DNA of 21,914 bases from Tubiluchus corallicola (taxonomy: Eukaryota; Animalia; Priapulida). A program made the translations under genes and the position numbers. The stretch spans positions 1 through 21,914 of the forward strand of contig JAQGDQ010001895.1 of the NCBI GenBank assembly GCA_030141605.1, in the 5' to 3' direction. How positions within the stretch are numbered: the first letter of the stretch is position 1; each line of letters begins with the position of its first letter. Below, in pieces: positions 1 through 9,231 of the stretch. The notes below the pieces were generated by a model. The model saw nothing but the letters and a program-made list of their open reading frames with translations, was not told where the DNA came from and did no database searches.

Positions 1-165
1 CGTGTTTTTTGTGATCCGGAGATTTAAGAATTTAAAATACCACTAAATACTTTCAAATTGTGTATATGAGTGTTTGTGAAAAAAATAGCGTGAAAAATAA
101 TTACGTCTGGGAAGTGCAAACTTCAGTTAGAGAACAGTTGAAAATAAAAGTGGAATTTGAAAAAT

Positions 166-175
166 CAAGATGGCG
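166..175 (+). promoter_or_regulatory. YY1-like motif CAAGATGGCG in the LINE-A 5'UTR (possible internal promoter element)
   Basis: Exact AAGATGGCG core, the motif known from the human L1 internal promoter. Motif match only. Confidence 0.3.
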
Positions 176-675
176 TTAATGGGAAGCTAACAGCATAACA
201 GCTGAAACTTCGTCTTATAACTGATCTTTTTTAAAAGACAGAAACTGGAAATAATTTCCTATTAACTGTATAAAAGTATAACATGGCAAATTTGAGATAG
301 GGAAAGTATCAGAGTAGTTGAGGTATAATCAATTCTATTAGTACTATTACAAATTCATAGAACCAGTTAAATTAATTACAATTACTAACTTAAGGTTTTT
401 TAAGACTAAAATGACAAGCCGTGCTACTGGTGAAAGGGATGCAGCAGTAGCTAATAAGAAGTACACTTAGGAGTCACGGTGGCTTGGTGACAAAAGGCAG
501 CATAGATCATATACTAATTTTTTTTTTCTTAGGGGGGTAAGTAGTCAAGTAAAACTAGTTTGCATGCATGAAACAAAATAGACAAAAATAATAAAAAACA
601 GTCAATATAAGGATTTACCCAAACATCTCTATAATAGTTCACTAATTCACTAAACATACTAAACAACGTAATAAA

Positions 676-1989
676 ATGGAAGTGGAGCGTGATGAAGAAA
701 TGATACAGAGCACCAGGATAGAAAGAGCATTGTGTGATTTTGTGCAAGTGGTGGATGAAGCTTTAACTGAGAAAAATGGAGAAAAGTCAGAAAGTAAAAC
801 TCAAAAGGAGAATGAAGGAGAGGGAAGAAAGGAAAGGAAAATAAGTGGGGCTGAAGTGTGCAGTAAATGTGTAAAAAGAGTGGAGATTGTGGAAGATGGA
901 ATGTATTGTTTCTGGTGCGAGAAATGCTGCACAGAGAGTGCATTGGCATGTCAAAGAAAGCGTATAAAGCGGTAGGCACAGCAAGTGCATTAGTTATAAA
1001 TGACACTTTGCACTGGTTTTGCGATAAGTGCGAAGAAGAAGTCAAGAAGATAAAGGAAGGCATGGGAATGCAAAAAAATACACAGCTGTTGAATGAAGTA
1101 CAATTAGGAAATCTAGAGGAGGAAATGAAATGCAAAGAAAGAGAAGTAGAAAATTTGAAAGATGACTTAGAGAAAATGAGGCAAGAAGTGAATAAGAAAA
1201 CGGATCAATTGGCTGAGTTTGACTTAAAGAGAAAGAAATATGAAAGTGAAATAAAAAAGTTGAAAGAAGAAGCAGTGCAACTCAGACAACAACTAGAAAA
1301 ATTGATAAGTGAGGCAGCGGAAAATAGAACTACAGTAAATAGCCTAAACAGGCACATAAGTGATCTACAAAAGATAAATGAAGAATTGTTGATGAGCAAA
1401 ATGGGTATGGGAGGAACATATGAAGAGGCAAAAGAAAACAATGAATCTAATAAGAAGGAAGATGATTCCAGAAAAGAAGTACAGAGTCAAAGAGAGGAGG
1501 CAGAGCCTGATAACGCCACTATGCAGATATGTTGCAAAAAATGTGTGGTGTAAATTTGAAAACAGGTGCAAGTTTAGACACTACAAAACAAAAAAGGAGT
1601 GTCAAGAGCTCAGTGAAAGTGCACATAGAGCCAAACAAGGAGAATATGAACAAAAGTTGTGTTCCTATTTTGGAAGGAATAAATATTGCAAATTTGAAAG
1701 CAAGTGTAGGTTTAGACATTATTTGAAACCTGGGGAGGATAAGGAAAAGACAAATTTGTGTTGGAATTACAAGTATGATGGTGAATGCAAATATGGTAGT
1801 AGGTGCAGATACAGACATTTTTTTAACGATGATGAAAAGAGATACCTACGAACACAAGAACGAGAAGGACAGCAGACAACTCTAGAAACAAATAAAAATG
1901 AACAAAAGACACAAAATGAAAGTTTAGTTGAGCAGATTAATTTTTTAGTGAGAGAAATCAATGCAATAAAAGAAAAACTGTGGAATTAG
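676..1989 (+). pseudogene. LINE-A ORF1: PHD finger, coiled coil, 3x CCCH zinc finger; split by two frameshifts
   Basis: Joining ORFs 676, 867 and 1420 gives the PHD CSKC..CFWCEK/MLHREC..WFCDKC (shift at ~922), an E/K-rich heptad region, then CRYVAKNVWCKFENRCKFRH, CSYFGRNKYCKFESKCRFRH and CWNYKYDGECKYGSRCRYRH (second shift between ~1420 and 1520). Confidence 0.85.
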
Positions 1990-4888
1990 AAAAAAAAGTA
2001 AGAGTGAAAAGATCTCAGAAAAAGAAAAAGAAGTTTAAAAATTTTAATGTAGTATATACAAATTGTCGAGGGCTAAATAATAAGCTAGAGTCATTGTATG
2101 GAGTGATAAGGGAAAAAAAGCCTAGTGTAATAGGAATTGTTGAAACTCATTTGGCGGAAGAAGAATTGGTGCAAATTGAGGGTTACAAAGTGTTCCAACT
2201 GAATAGAAATAAGTACGGAGGGGGGATATTATTGGCAATTAAAAATGACTTAAAAAATGTAACAATAAAAGCTGATCAGTATAATGAAGTAGGTGAACAA
2301 TTATGGGTTGTAATGGATAATTCAAAAGTAAAATTGAGAGTAGGATTATTGTATGCACCTCAGGAAAGTAGGACAGATAAAGAAGAAATGAAAAAAATGT
2401 ATGAACAAATACGTAAGCAAGTACAAAAAGCAAAAAATGAAAACCAGAAGTGCTTGCTTATAGGGGACTTCAATGCAAAAGTAGGAAATATTATCGAAGG
2501 TAATAGTGATGAAATAACTTGGGCAGGGAAAATGTTACTAAATCTGGTTAAAAAAGAAAAACTAGTAATATTAAATGCAACTGAAGAATGCTCAGGAATT
2601 TGGACAAGAGAAGAAGCTGGGAAAAAATCTGTTATTGATTATATAATAATAAGTGCAAATGATGTAAATGCACATAGGTTCACACTTGTTGATGAACAAA
2701 AACTGTATGGAGTGTACAGAGTGACTAGTAGTGGCGAGAAAAAAATTGTATATACAGACCATAACACAATATATAGTGAATTTGATTGGGTTGAGATTAG
2801 TAAAATGAAAAGAGATAAAAGTGATGAGATAAAAAAATTAGTAGTGTCTAATAAAAATAAAATGAACAGATACAAAAAAGAAACTGATGATCAAATATTT
2901 AGTAAAGTATGGAGCAGTAACAGATCAATTCAGAGCAAATATGATGGCTGGATAAATCAAGCTGCAGTAGTAAGAGACAGGTGCCTTTCAGTAAAAGGAA
3001 AAAGGAAACAAAAATATGGAAGTAAAATGTCAAGGAAGCTAAATAAAGAAAGACGTAAGTTAAAACGTGAAATGAGCGATGAAGAAGACTCGGAAAGGAA
3101 AAGAATGATAAAAATAAAAATTGAACTAATAGAAAACATGATGAGGGTTGTGCAAAGGAAGGAACAAATAAATAGAATAAATAAAACTGTTAGGACAATT
3201 ACAGTAAATGGAAAACTTAACCAGCAGTTGTTTTGGGAATTCAAAAAGGGCATCGATAAACCTAAAATGGAAGAAGCTATAGCAATGAGAGATAAACAAG
3301 GTGAGATCCAAGAGGATCCAGGAAAAATTAAGTTGATTTTTAAAAAATATTATGAAGAACTCCTACTCAGACAGAGGATGAATATGAGCAAATGATAGAA
3401 TCAAGGGTTGAACAAATTTTCAAACATGTTGAACAAATGGCAAGTGAGGAGGAAGTAAAAGAAATTACTATCAGTGAAGTGAATGAAGCAGTTCGATCAT
3501 TAAAAAATAAAAAGGCTCCAGACATGCAAGGATGGAAGAATGAAATGATCAAACAAGCAGGGAAGGGATTTATTGATAGTATAGCAGCAATGCTGAATGA
3601 AATAATGAAGCAAAAGAAAATACCGTTGGGACCATTACTATGTTGTGCTGCACTAAACCGGATTAATGAGATGGTGACAACAGGGACTGTAATGGGCAGG
3701 AATATACATGTGGGTATGTTATTATTCATTGACGATATTGTCGGAATAGGACAAGAAACTATAATCAAGCAGATGATTAAAAACTGTCAAGAAATTGAAA
3801 GAACCAAAAGATTATCATTCAATATACAGAAAACACAATATATGAGAACTAACATGACACGAAAGAAAAGGATCCCAGAATTATGTGAGTCACTAAGAAA
3901 CGGAGAGGTTAAGGAAGTAGAGGAATACCAATATTTGGGAGATTGGATAAATACAAAAGGTAGTTATGAAATAATGTTTGGAAAACGAACCGGGAAAAAC
4001 AAAATGATAATTAGTTACATCAATACAATAGGAGGTGAGCTGAAAGTGGGAGATTGCTCAATAGGGGTAAAACTAATGCTGTACGAGCTTCTTTCAGTGA
4101 GTGCAGTGCTAAATAGTTCTGAGACATGGTCAAATTTGACAACAACTGATTGGGAGAAATTAGAAATGATTCAAGCAAATGCTTTAAAAACATTATTTAA
4201 CCTTAGTGAATCAACGCCATACTGGGGATTAGTAACTGAAATAGGCATATGGCCTCTAAAACGTAAAGTAAACTATAGGAGATTGATGTTCTATCGGAAT
4301 TTATTGATTAGTAAACCAAAGAGATTAGCATCAGAGATACTCGAAATGCAAATAAACAGTATACACAAAAGGTCATGGTATAATGAAGTATTTGAGACTG
4401 CAAAAATATATACCATAGATGCTAATAAAGAAAGGGTGAAGGTCATGAAAAAGTCTGAATGGAAGAAAGAAATAAAGAATAAGATTGAACGTTGTATAAA
4501 GAGCGAATGTGCAGAAAAATGCAGGAGCAGCACTAAATTAAGATTTTTAAGGCATACCGAGTGGAAACGACAAAATTACATAGACACATGCAAGCCAGAA
4601 GATTGTAAAGATATATTGAAAATAAGACTGAATATGATTAAAGTTAAGGGGAACTACAAGAATGAGTTTAAGGATCAGTTATTATGCCCAGTGTGTGAGG
4701 AAGATGATGACACTACTGAACATATGCTTAGATGTTACAGATATGGAGAATGGAAAAAAATTTTGAACTCAGAAGTATTAATGAACAGTGAAAAGGAAGG
4801 ATTGCTAGAAATTAGAAATCTAGTGAACGAATGTATGGAATACAGGATAAAGACAAATAAAGACATTAAACTTGGAAAAGACAAATAA
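1941..4888 (+). pseudogene. LINE-A ORF2: APE endonuclease + reverse transcriptase + C-terminal Cys/His motif; frameshift at ~3365 and internal RT deletion at 3625/3626
   Basis: APE motifs YTNCRGL, IVETHL, GGGILL, YAPQ, GDFNA, IDYI, TDHN. RT motifs KKAPD, LGPLL, LLFIDDI, YQYLG. C-terminal CPVC-x8-H-x3-C. The frame opens at 1941 after TAA 1938-1940, with no ATG before the APE N-terminal motif. Confidence 0.9.
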
Positions 4889-4911
4889 AAGATCAGCGTT
4901 AAAGAAGAAGA

Positions 4912-4959
4912 GACTTTGCACCCTATAAAGGTGCCCGCCTCGGATAGGTGGAGAGAGTC
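4912..4959 (+). other. Predicted three-way-junction RNA element in the LINE-A 3'UTR
   Basis: GACTTT(4912-17)/AGAGTC(4954-59), GCACC(4918-22)/GGTGC(4930-34), CCGCCT(4935-40)/AGGTGG(4946-51). Confidence 0.6.
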
Positions 4960-4963
4960 GAGT

Positions 4964-4987
4964 ATCGCAATCGCAATCGCAATCGCA
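4964..4987 (+). repeat. (ATCGCA)4 3' tail of LINE-A
   Basis: Four perfect hexamers immediately before the target-site sequence. Confidence 0.95.
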
Positions 4988-5660
4988 AAATTAAAGGAAA
5001 GGACAAATCATTGAGTATGTTGAGATAATTTTACTGTTATCACTTAAACGTAGAAAAAAATATAACAAAGAAATTTGCACAAAACTATCTAAATGCATAA
5101 ATTTAAAATATACTACTTTTGAATAGAAATTTTCAGGCGTGGTGGTTGCTGCTATTCACTTGAAAATTAAGACGTAACTGGGATTTCGTGACTTTTCGTA
5201 AGTGCATCCTGGCTTTCGGTAAGCACGCGCTGCTTAAATTAATTCAAATTTATGCAGCTTACCTAATGTTTACGCAAAAATAGTAAAATATTGGCTATCT
5301 AGATTTTTTGTGAAAAGTTATTATACTTCTCATGAAGATTGACAGACGTTACTTTTCTTCAAGACGAATGACGTCATTGGAAAAAGAATGGACATTGAAA
5401 ATAGGAGCGTTCAAGCAAGAAGTGTTCGCAAGTTTAAAGTGATTTTACTTACACGAGGTTCTTATTGCAGTTTTATTACTAAATCCTTCTAACACTTTTT
5501 GCGAACATTGAAATAAGCTCAATTTCCTGGAAGGCGTCTCCTTTAAGTTAAATGATGAAATAAAAAATGGGTTAAATTTGTAGGCTAAATTTTTAAATTT
5601 GTTTCTCACTTCACATCATATCACGCTAATGCATTTATTCAATAAGTTAAAAAACTATTA
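4988..5660 (+). repeat. Duplicated pentraxin intron segment including candidate exon 2 (5137-5197); partner 6460-7122
   Basis: Direct alignment. Homology stops after AAAAACTATTA (5660 vs 7122). Confidence 0.95.
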
Positions 5661-5664
5661 ATTT

Positions 5665-6464
5665 TGAGCTGTCAAACGTGTGCAGTTCGTCACAAACTAA
5701 CACATCTGAACTGAGAAGTACAGCACCTGTTTTTTGTGCAGGCGCTAGTGCCCGTCTAACTAGCGAATGGCGAAATGCATGTAACAGCGAAGAACTAGTG
5801 GCGCGAACGTGAAATTACTTTTGTGTGCTAATAATTGTTGCACGTAAGTCATTTTTTAAAAAAATAGCGTGTTTCCTTTCAATATTTTAAACAGTAGATT
5901 GTTTTGATCAACAGTTTAAGTTTGGGTCTGGTTTTCCTTTAATGTTGGTTGAATCAGATAGGCCTAAACGGTAATTTTCTTACACAAGAATAAACAAAAA
6001 ATCGTGTTCGATATTATCGAAAATTGATAACGAACGATATAGTTTTAAGAAGGAGCACACTGACAGATAAGAACGGAAATATGAAACTTGTTTGTGTTTG
6101 TAGAAATGATAATTTACCTAATTGTCAACAGATCCGGGTTTTTAACCTCCAAGATAGCATGTCTGCTGAAAGAAATGGCGAGAAAACATGGTTTGGAAAA
6201 TTCCACCAAGACAAAGAAAGTCATTAAACTCAATAATTGAGGACAACTTCAAGTATAAAAGGTTTGCGCCTCAATGCTTGCGTATGATAAAACGCAAGAG
6301 CATTTTAAATGTAAATTATCTATTCGTAAGCAAAAAAATCAAGATGATGTTAATGTCAACGTTCGTTATGGCTTCGCTACTTGTTCTTGGTAAGTTACTA
6401 AGTAATGTTAATGCTCAATTTTATGTAAGTCGTATTTGAGAAATTGGTAAAAAGTTTGCAAATT
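5665..6464 (+). repeat. Pentraxin upstream region + exon 1 + start of intron 1; diverged partner at 16583-18245
   Basis: Colinear similarity with scattered substitutions. The partner carries an extra 88 bp (16946-17033) and a 764-bp MITE. Confidence 0.93.
6344..6389 (+). CDS. Pentraxin exon 1 (signal peptide)
   Basis: ATG at 6344, hydrophobic stretch, donor G|GTAAGT. An alternative donor T|GTAAGT lies at 6424/6425. Confidence 0.7.
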
Positions 6465-6598
6465 AAAGGAAAGGACAAATGATTGAGTATGTTGAGATAA
6501 TTTTACTGTTATAACTTAAACGTAGAAGAAATTTGCACAAAAGTATCTAAAAGCATAAATTAATTTAAAATATACTAGTTTTGAATAGAAATTTTCAG

Positions 6599-6659
6599 GC
6601 GTGGTGGTTGCTGCTATTCACTTGAAAATTAAGACGTAACTGGGATTTCGTGACTTTTC
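6599..6659 (+). other. Candidate small exon 2 (61 nt), disrupted in every splice combination tested
   Basis: TTTTCAG acceptor and C|GTAAGT donor. Gives GVVVAAIHLKIKT* from donor 6389, or AWWLLLFT*KLRRNWDFVTF from donor 6424. Confidence 0.4.
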
Positions 6660-7284
6660 GTAAGTGCATCGTGGCTTTCGGTAAGCGCGCGCTGCTTAAA
6701 TTAATTCAAATTTATGCAGCTTACCTAATGTTTACGCAAAAATAGTAAAATATTGGCTATCTAGATTTTTTGTGAAAAGTTATTATACTTCTCATGAAGA
6801 TTGACAGACGTTACTTTTCTTCAAGACGAATGACGTCATTGGAAAAAGAATGGACATTGAAAATAGGAGCGTTCAAGCAAGAAGTGTTCGCAAGTTTAAA
6901 GTGATTTTACTTACACGAGGTTCTTATTGCAGTTTTATTACTAAATCCTTCTAACACTTTTTGCGAACATTGAAATAAGCTCAATTTCCTGGAAGGCGTC
7001 TCCTTTAAGTTAAATGATGAAATAAAAAATGGGTTAAATTTGTAGGCTAAATTTTTAAATTTGTTTCTCACTTCACATCATATCACGCTAATGCATTTAT
7101 TCAATAAGTTAAAAAACTATTACACGTTACACATAAAATTTGCACGCATTAGTGTAAAATACATTATACATACATATAAAATAATAAAACTACAATAAAC
7201 TACAATAAAAGCCCTCAAAAAAGGGAGAAGATTATTATTATTATTATGCCTTCATCGAGAAATGGAATTTTTTATTTTATACAG

Positions 7285-7528
7285 GTGTAACTACACTAGA
7301 TACGTTTGAGCTTTTGTTCACCAGACCAAAACAAACATCGGACTATTACATCAAGTACGATGCATTTCCTTCTTCTGTGTCCGCTCTATCTTTCTGCGCT
7401 TGGATCAGGACAACAGATACCAAACATCTTCTTCCTCTTGTTTCTTATTCTGTGTCAAGTAATCATAATGAATTCCTGTTTGCGACAACACCTACGAGAA
7501 CAACCATATATATCAGCGACCAACAGAG
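7285..7528 (+). CDS. Pentraxin exon (N-terminal part of domain)
   Basis: Acceptor TTTTATACAG, donor AG|GTAGT; encodes VTTLDTFELLFTRP...SFCAWIRT...IYISDQQ. Confidence 0.85.
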
Positions 7529-7849
7529 GTAGTAAACACAATTAATAGATCGGACAAATTAACTCAGTCAAAACTAATATTTTTAAATGAAGAAAGAACG
7601 ATTTTTCATGTATTACCCCATTTTCAAGTCCGACAAAAAGTACATATTTTAACACAATTAATACTAGAAAAGCGTTTCTGATAATTAAATAATAAATTAA
7701 AAGCTTAGTTAACAGCGAGCAAGCCCAACTGTTGATGACATCACAAACTAACATAATTTTCAACAACAAAAAATTTCGCTAGCATGTTGCAAGTGTTTAC
7801 GAAAGCGAAAATTGAAGTACAGTGCTACTGTAAGATAGTGAGTGTGTTG

Positions 7850-7985
7850 TCGAACGTGTGTAGTTCGTCACAAACGAACATCTCGGAACTGAGAGGTACA
7901 GCACCTGTTTTTTGTGCAATGCGTTCCCAAAATGCAGGTGCTAGTGCCCGTCTAACCCTCGAATGGCGAAATACACGTAACAGTG
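7850..7985. repeat. Unclassified short interspersed repeat (related copies at 5670-5789 and 16588-16707)
   Basis: Shared core AGTTCGTCACAAA..GAACTGAGA.GTACAGCACC.GTTTTTTGTGCA..CTAGTG.CCGTCTAAC..CGAATGG.GAAAT.CA.GTAACAG in non-homologous flanks. Confidence 0.8.
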
Positions 7986-8126
7986 CAAAATAAAGCCTAA
8001 TAAAAAGGAAAACGAACAGAACCGAAGCTTGAAATAATTTCTATTAAATATATTCAGTTTTGCAAATTAATGTCTACGTAATTTTCAAGCTCTCAAAAAC
8101 TATTATTTTTTCAATCGATTGTGCAG

Positions 8127-8274
8127 AACAGCAACATTAGATTTGGGTGTTTTTGATGGAGAATGGCACCATGTCTGTGTTACTTGGGAAAATAAAGACG
8201 GAAGATATGCAACGTATGTGGATGGGCACCATATTTTTGGATCTACTGGATTTGAATGAAACAATGTTGTGAGG
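8127..8274 (+). CDS. Pentraxin exon with HxCxTW signature; contains in-frame TGA
   Basis: TGCAG acceptor; TATLDLGVFDGEWHHVCVTWENKDGRYATYVDGHHIFGSTGFE*NNVVR; donor AGG|GTAGG. Missed by the ORF track. Confidence 0.85.
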
Positions 8275-8955
8275 GTAGGATAACTGACATAGTTTTAGAC
8301 TTAGTCTAAGCCTAACTAAACAAAGTTGTACCAATCAGATTCTGCACAGATAATCCATTTGTTGCAAATTTGACTCTCGCTTCTGGTATTTTAACGGTGT
8401 CTTTTAATTAAATAAACAAATCCTTGGAAAATATGTGTGCTAAAACTGGCAAGTAGTATTGATAAACTTTTCAGCTAAGTAGCTGCACGAAATTTTAGAT
8501 CTTGCCGATGAATTGTGTGCTAAATTTACTAGCAATGGTTTGTAATTGTTGAATTATTAGTCATTGTCATTTATCTGTTTTACAGTATTGTGAAATTTAT
8601 TGTTGAAAACGTGTTTAAATGGCCATGAATGTGGATTACGACAATAAACTGTATCTAACTTGAGTGTTTTCTCCAGGTCCATCCTGGAAGCTTTGCATGA
8701 TTTTCGGTCCTAGTTCTAAGGATAAGCAAAGTTGCTGACCGCTTGATGAGATCTTGAAATGAAGAAGAAGTTTTTGATCAGAATCTGGACGTATTTTGAA
8801 TTGCTGATACTTGAACGAAAAAATAATAAGCTAAATTAGTATTTCAGCTAAGGAAAATAGTAATATTCTAAGATATCTAGATACTAAGGAAAATAAACGA
8901 ACGTGTATATACACCTGCATCTAAAAACCTTTTTAATTCCCATTTAAAACTGTAG

Positions 8956-9231
8956 GGCGGAGGAACACTTGTGATTGGTCAAGAACAAGACTCACATGGT
9001 GGAGGATTTAACGCAAATCAAATCTTTCTTGGGACCATGACTGATGTGAACATTTACAGATATGTTTTATCATCGAATGATATCCGAGAAATGGCTACCA
9101 AATGTGTGAACAGGGAAGGCAATCTATGGAAATGGAGCAGTGTTAAAGGTGGATTACGAGGAAATGTTCAAATACTTCCTTCCAGTTGCAAACGTGGAAT
9201 TGCAGTTGAGAATGAAAAAGATGGGAATTAA
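8956..9231 (+). CDS. Pentraxin terminal exon (Ca-binding GQEQD region)
   Basis: TGTAG acceptor; GGGTLVIGQEQDSHGGGFNANQIFLGTMTDVNIY...GNLWKW...; TAA stop. AATAAA at 9587-9592 is a possible polyA signal. Confidence 0.9.
   Translation, partial: GGGTLVIGQEQDSHGGGFNANQIFLGTMTDVNIYRYVLSSNDIREMATKCVNREGNLWKWSSVKGGLRGNVQILPSSCKRGIAVENEKDGN

Larger units (their letters stand above)
1..3625 (+). repeat. Long direct repeat, copy 1 (partner 18288-21914); part of an ~18.29-kb tandem/segmental duplication
   Basis: Position 1 matches 18288. All + strand ORFs recur with identical translation at offset 18289. Differences seen at 27, 125, ~217 (+TA), ~233 (-A), 267, 269, 462, G-run ~537, 3470, 3500. Confidence 0.97.
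1..4987 (+). mobile_element. Non-LTR retrotransposon LINE-A (APE endonuclease + RT, two ORFs), copy 1, disabled; clade not assigned
   Basis: 5'UTR, ORF1, overlapping ORF2 with APE and RT motifs, short 3'UTR and (ATCGCA)4 tail at 4964-4987. It is followed by AAATT (4988-4992) and host intron sequence that matches the empty site at 6460-6464. Confidence 0.93.
6344..9231 (+). pseudogene. Secreted short pentraxin (CRP/SAP-like) gene, spliced, with premature in-frame TGA at 8257-8259
   Basis: Exons 6344-6389, 7285-7528, 8127-8274 and 8956-9231 join with GT-AG ends and consistent phases (1,2,0) into 237 codons. Signal peptide MMLMSTFVMASLLVLG; motifs SFCAWIRT, LVSYSV..NEFL, DGEWHHVCVTW (pentraxin HxCxTW signature), YVDG, GGGTLVIGQEQDSHGGGF..Q.FLG, GNLWKW. 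Confidence 0.85.

Noticed and set aside
529-4533. Minus-strand ORFs over LINE-A (and equivalents at 18755-21841)
   Set aside because: F/L/S/I-rich antisense shadows of an A-rich coding strand, with no motifs.
6024-6439. ORFs 6024-6227, 6188-6439, 17193-17471 and 18014-18220 as standalone genes
   Set aside because: They start at non-ATG or unconserved codons and differ between the duplicated copies. Only the embedded signal-peptide exon is supported.
7185-7250. AAACTACAAT x2 and (ATT)n, plus the hairpin TTAGACT-T-AGTCTAA near 8295-8309
   Set aside because: Ordinary low-complexity intronic features.
8257-8259. Selenoprotein pentraxin
   Set aside because: The TGA is not at a cysteine-homologous position and no SECIS was identified; a nonsense mutation is more parsimonious.
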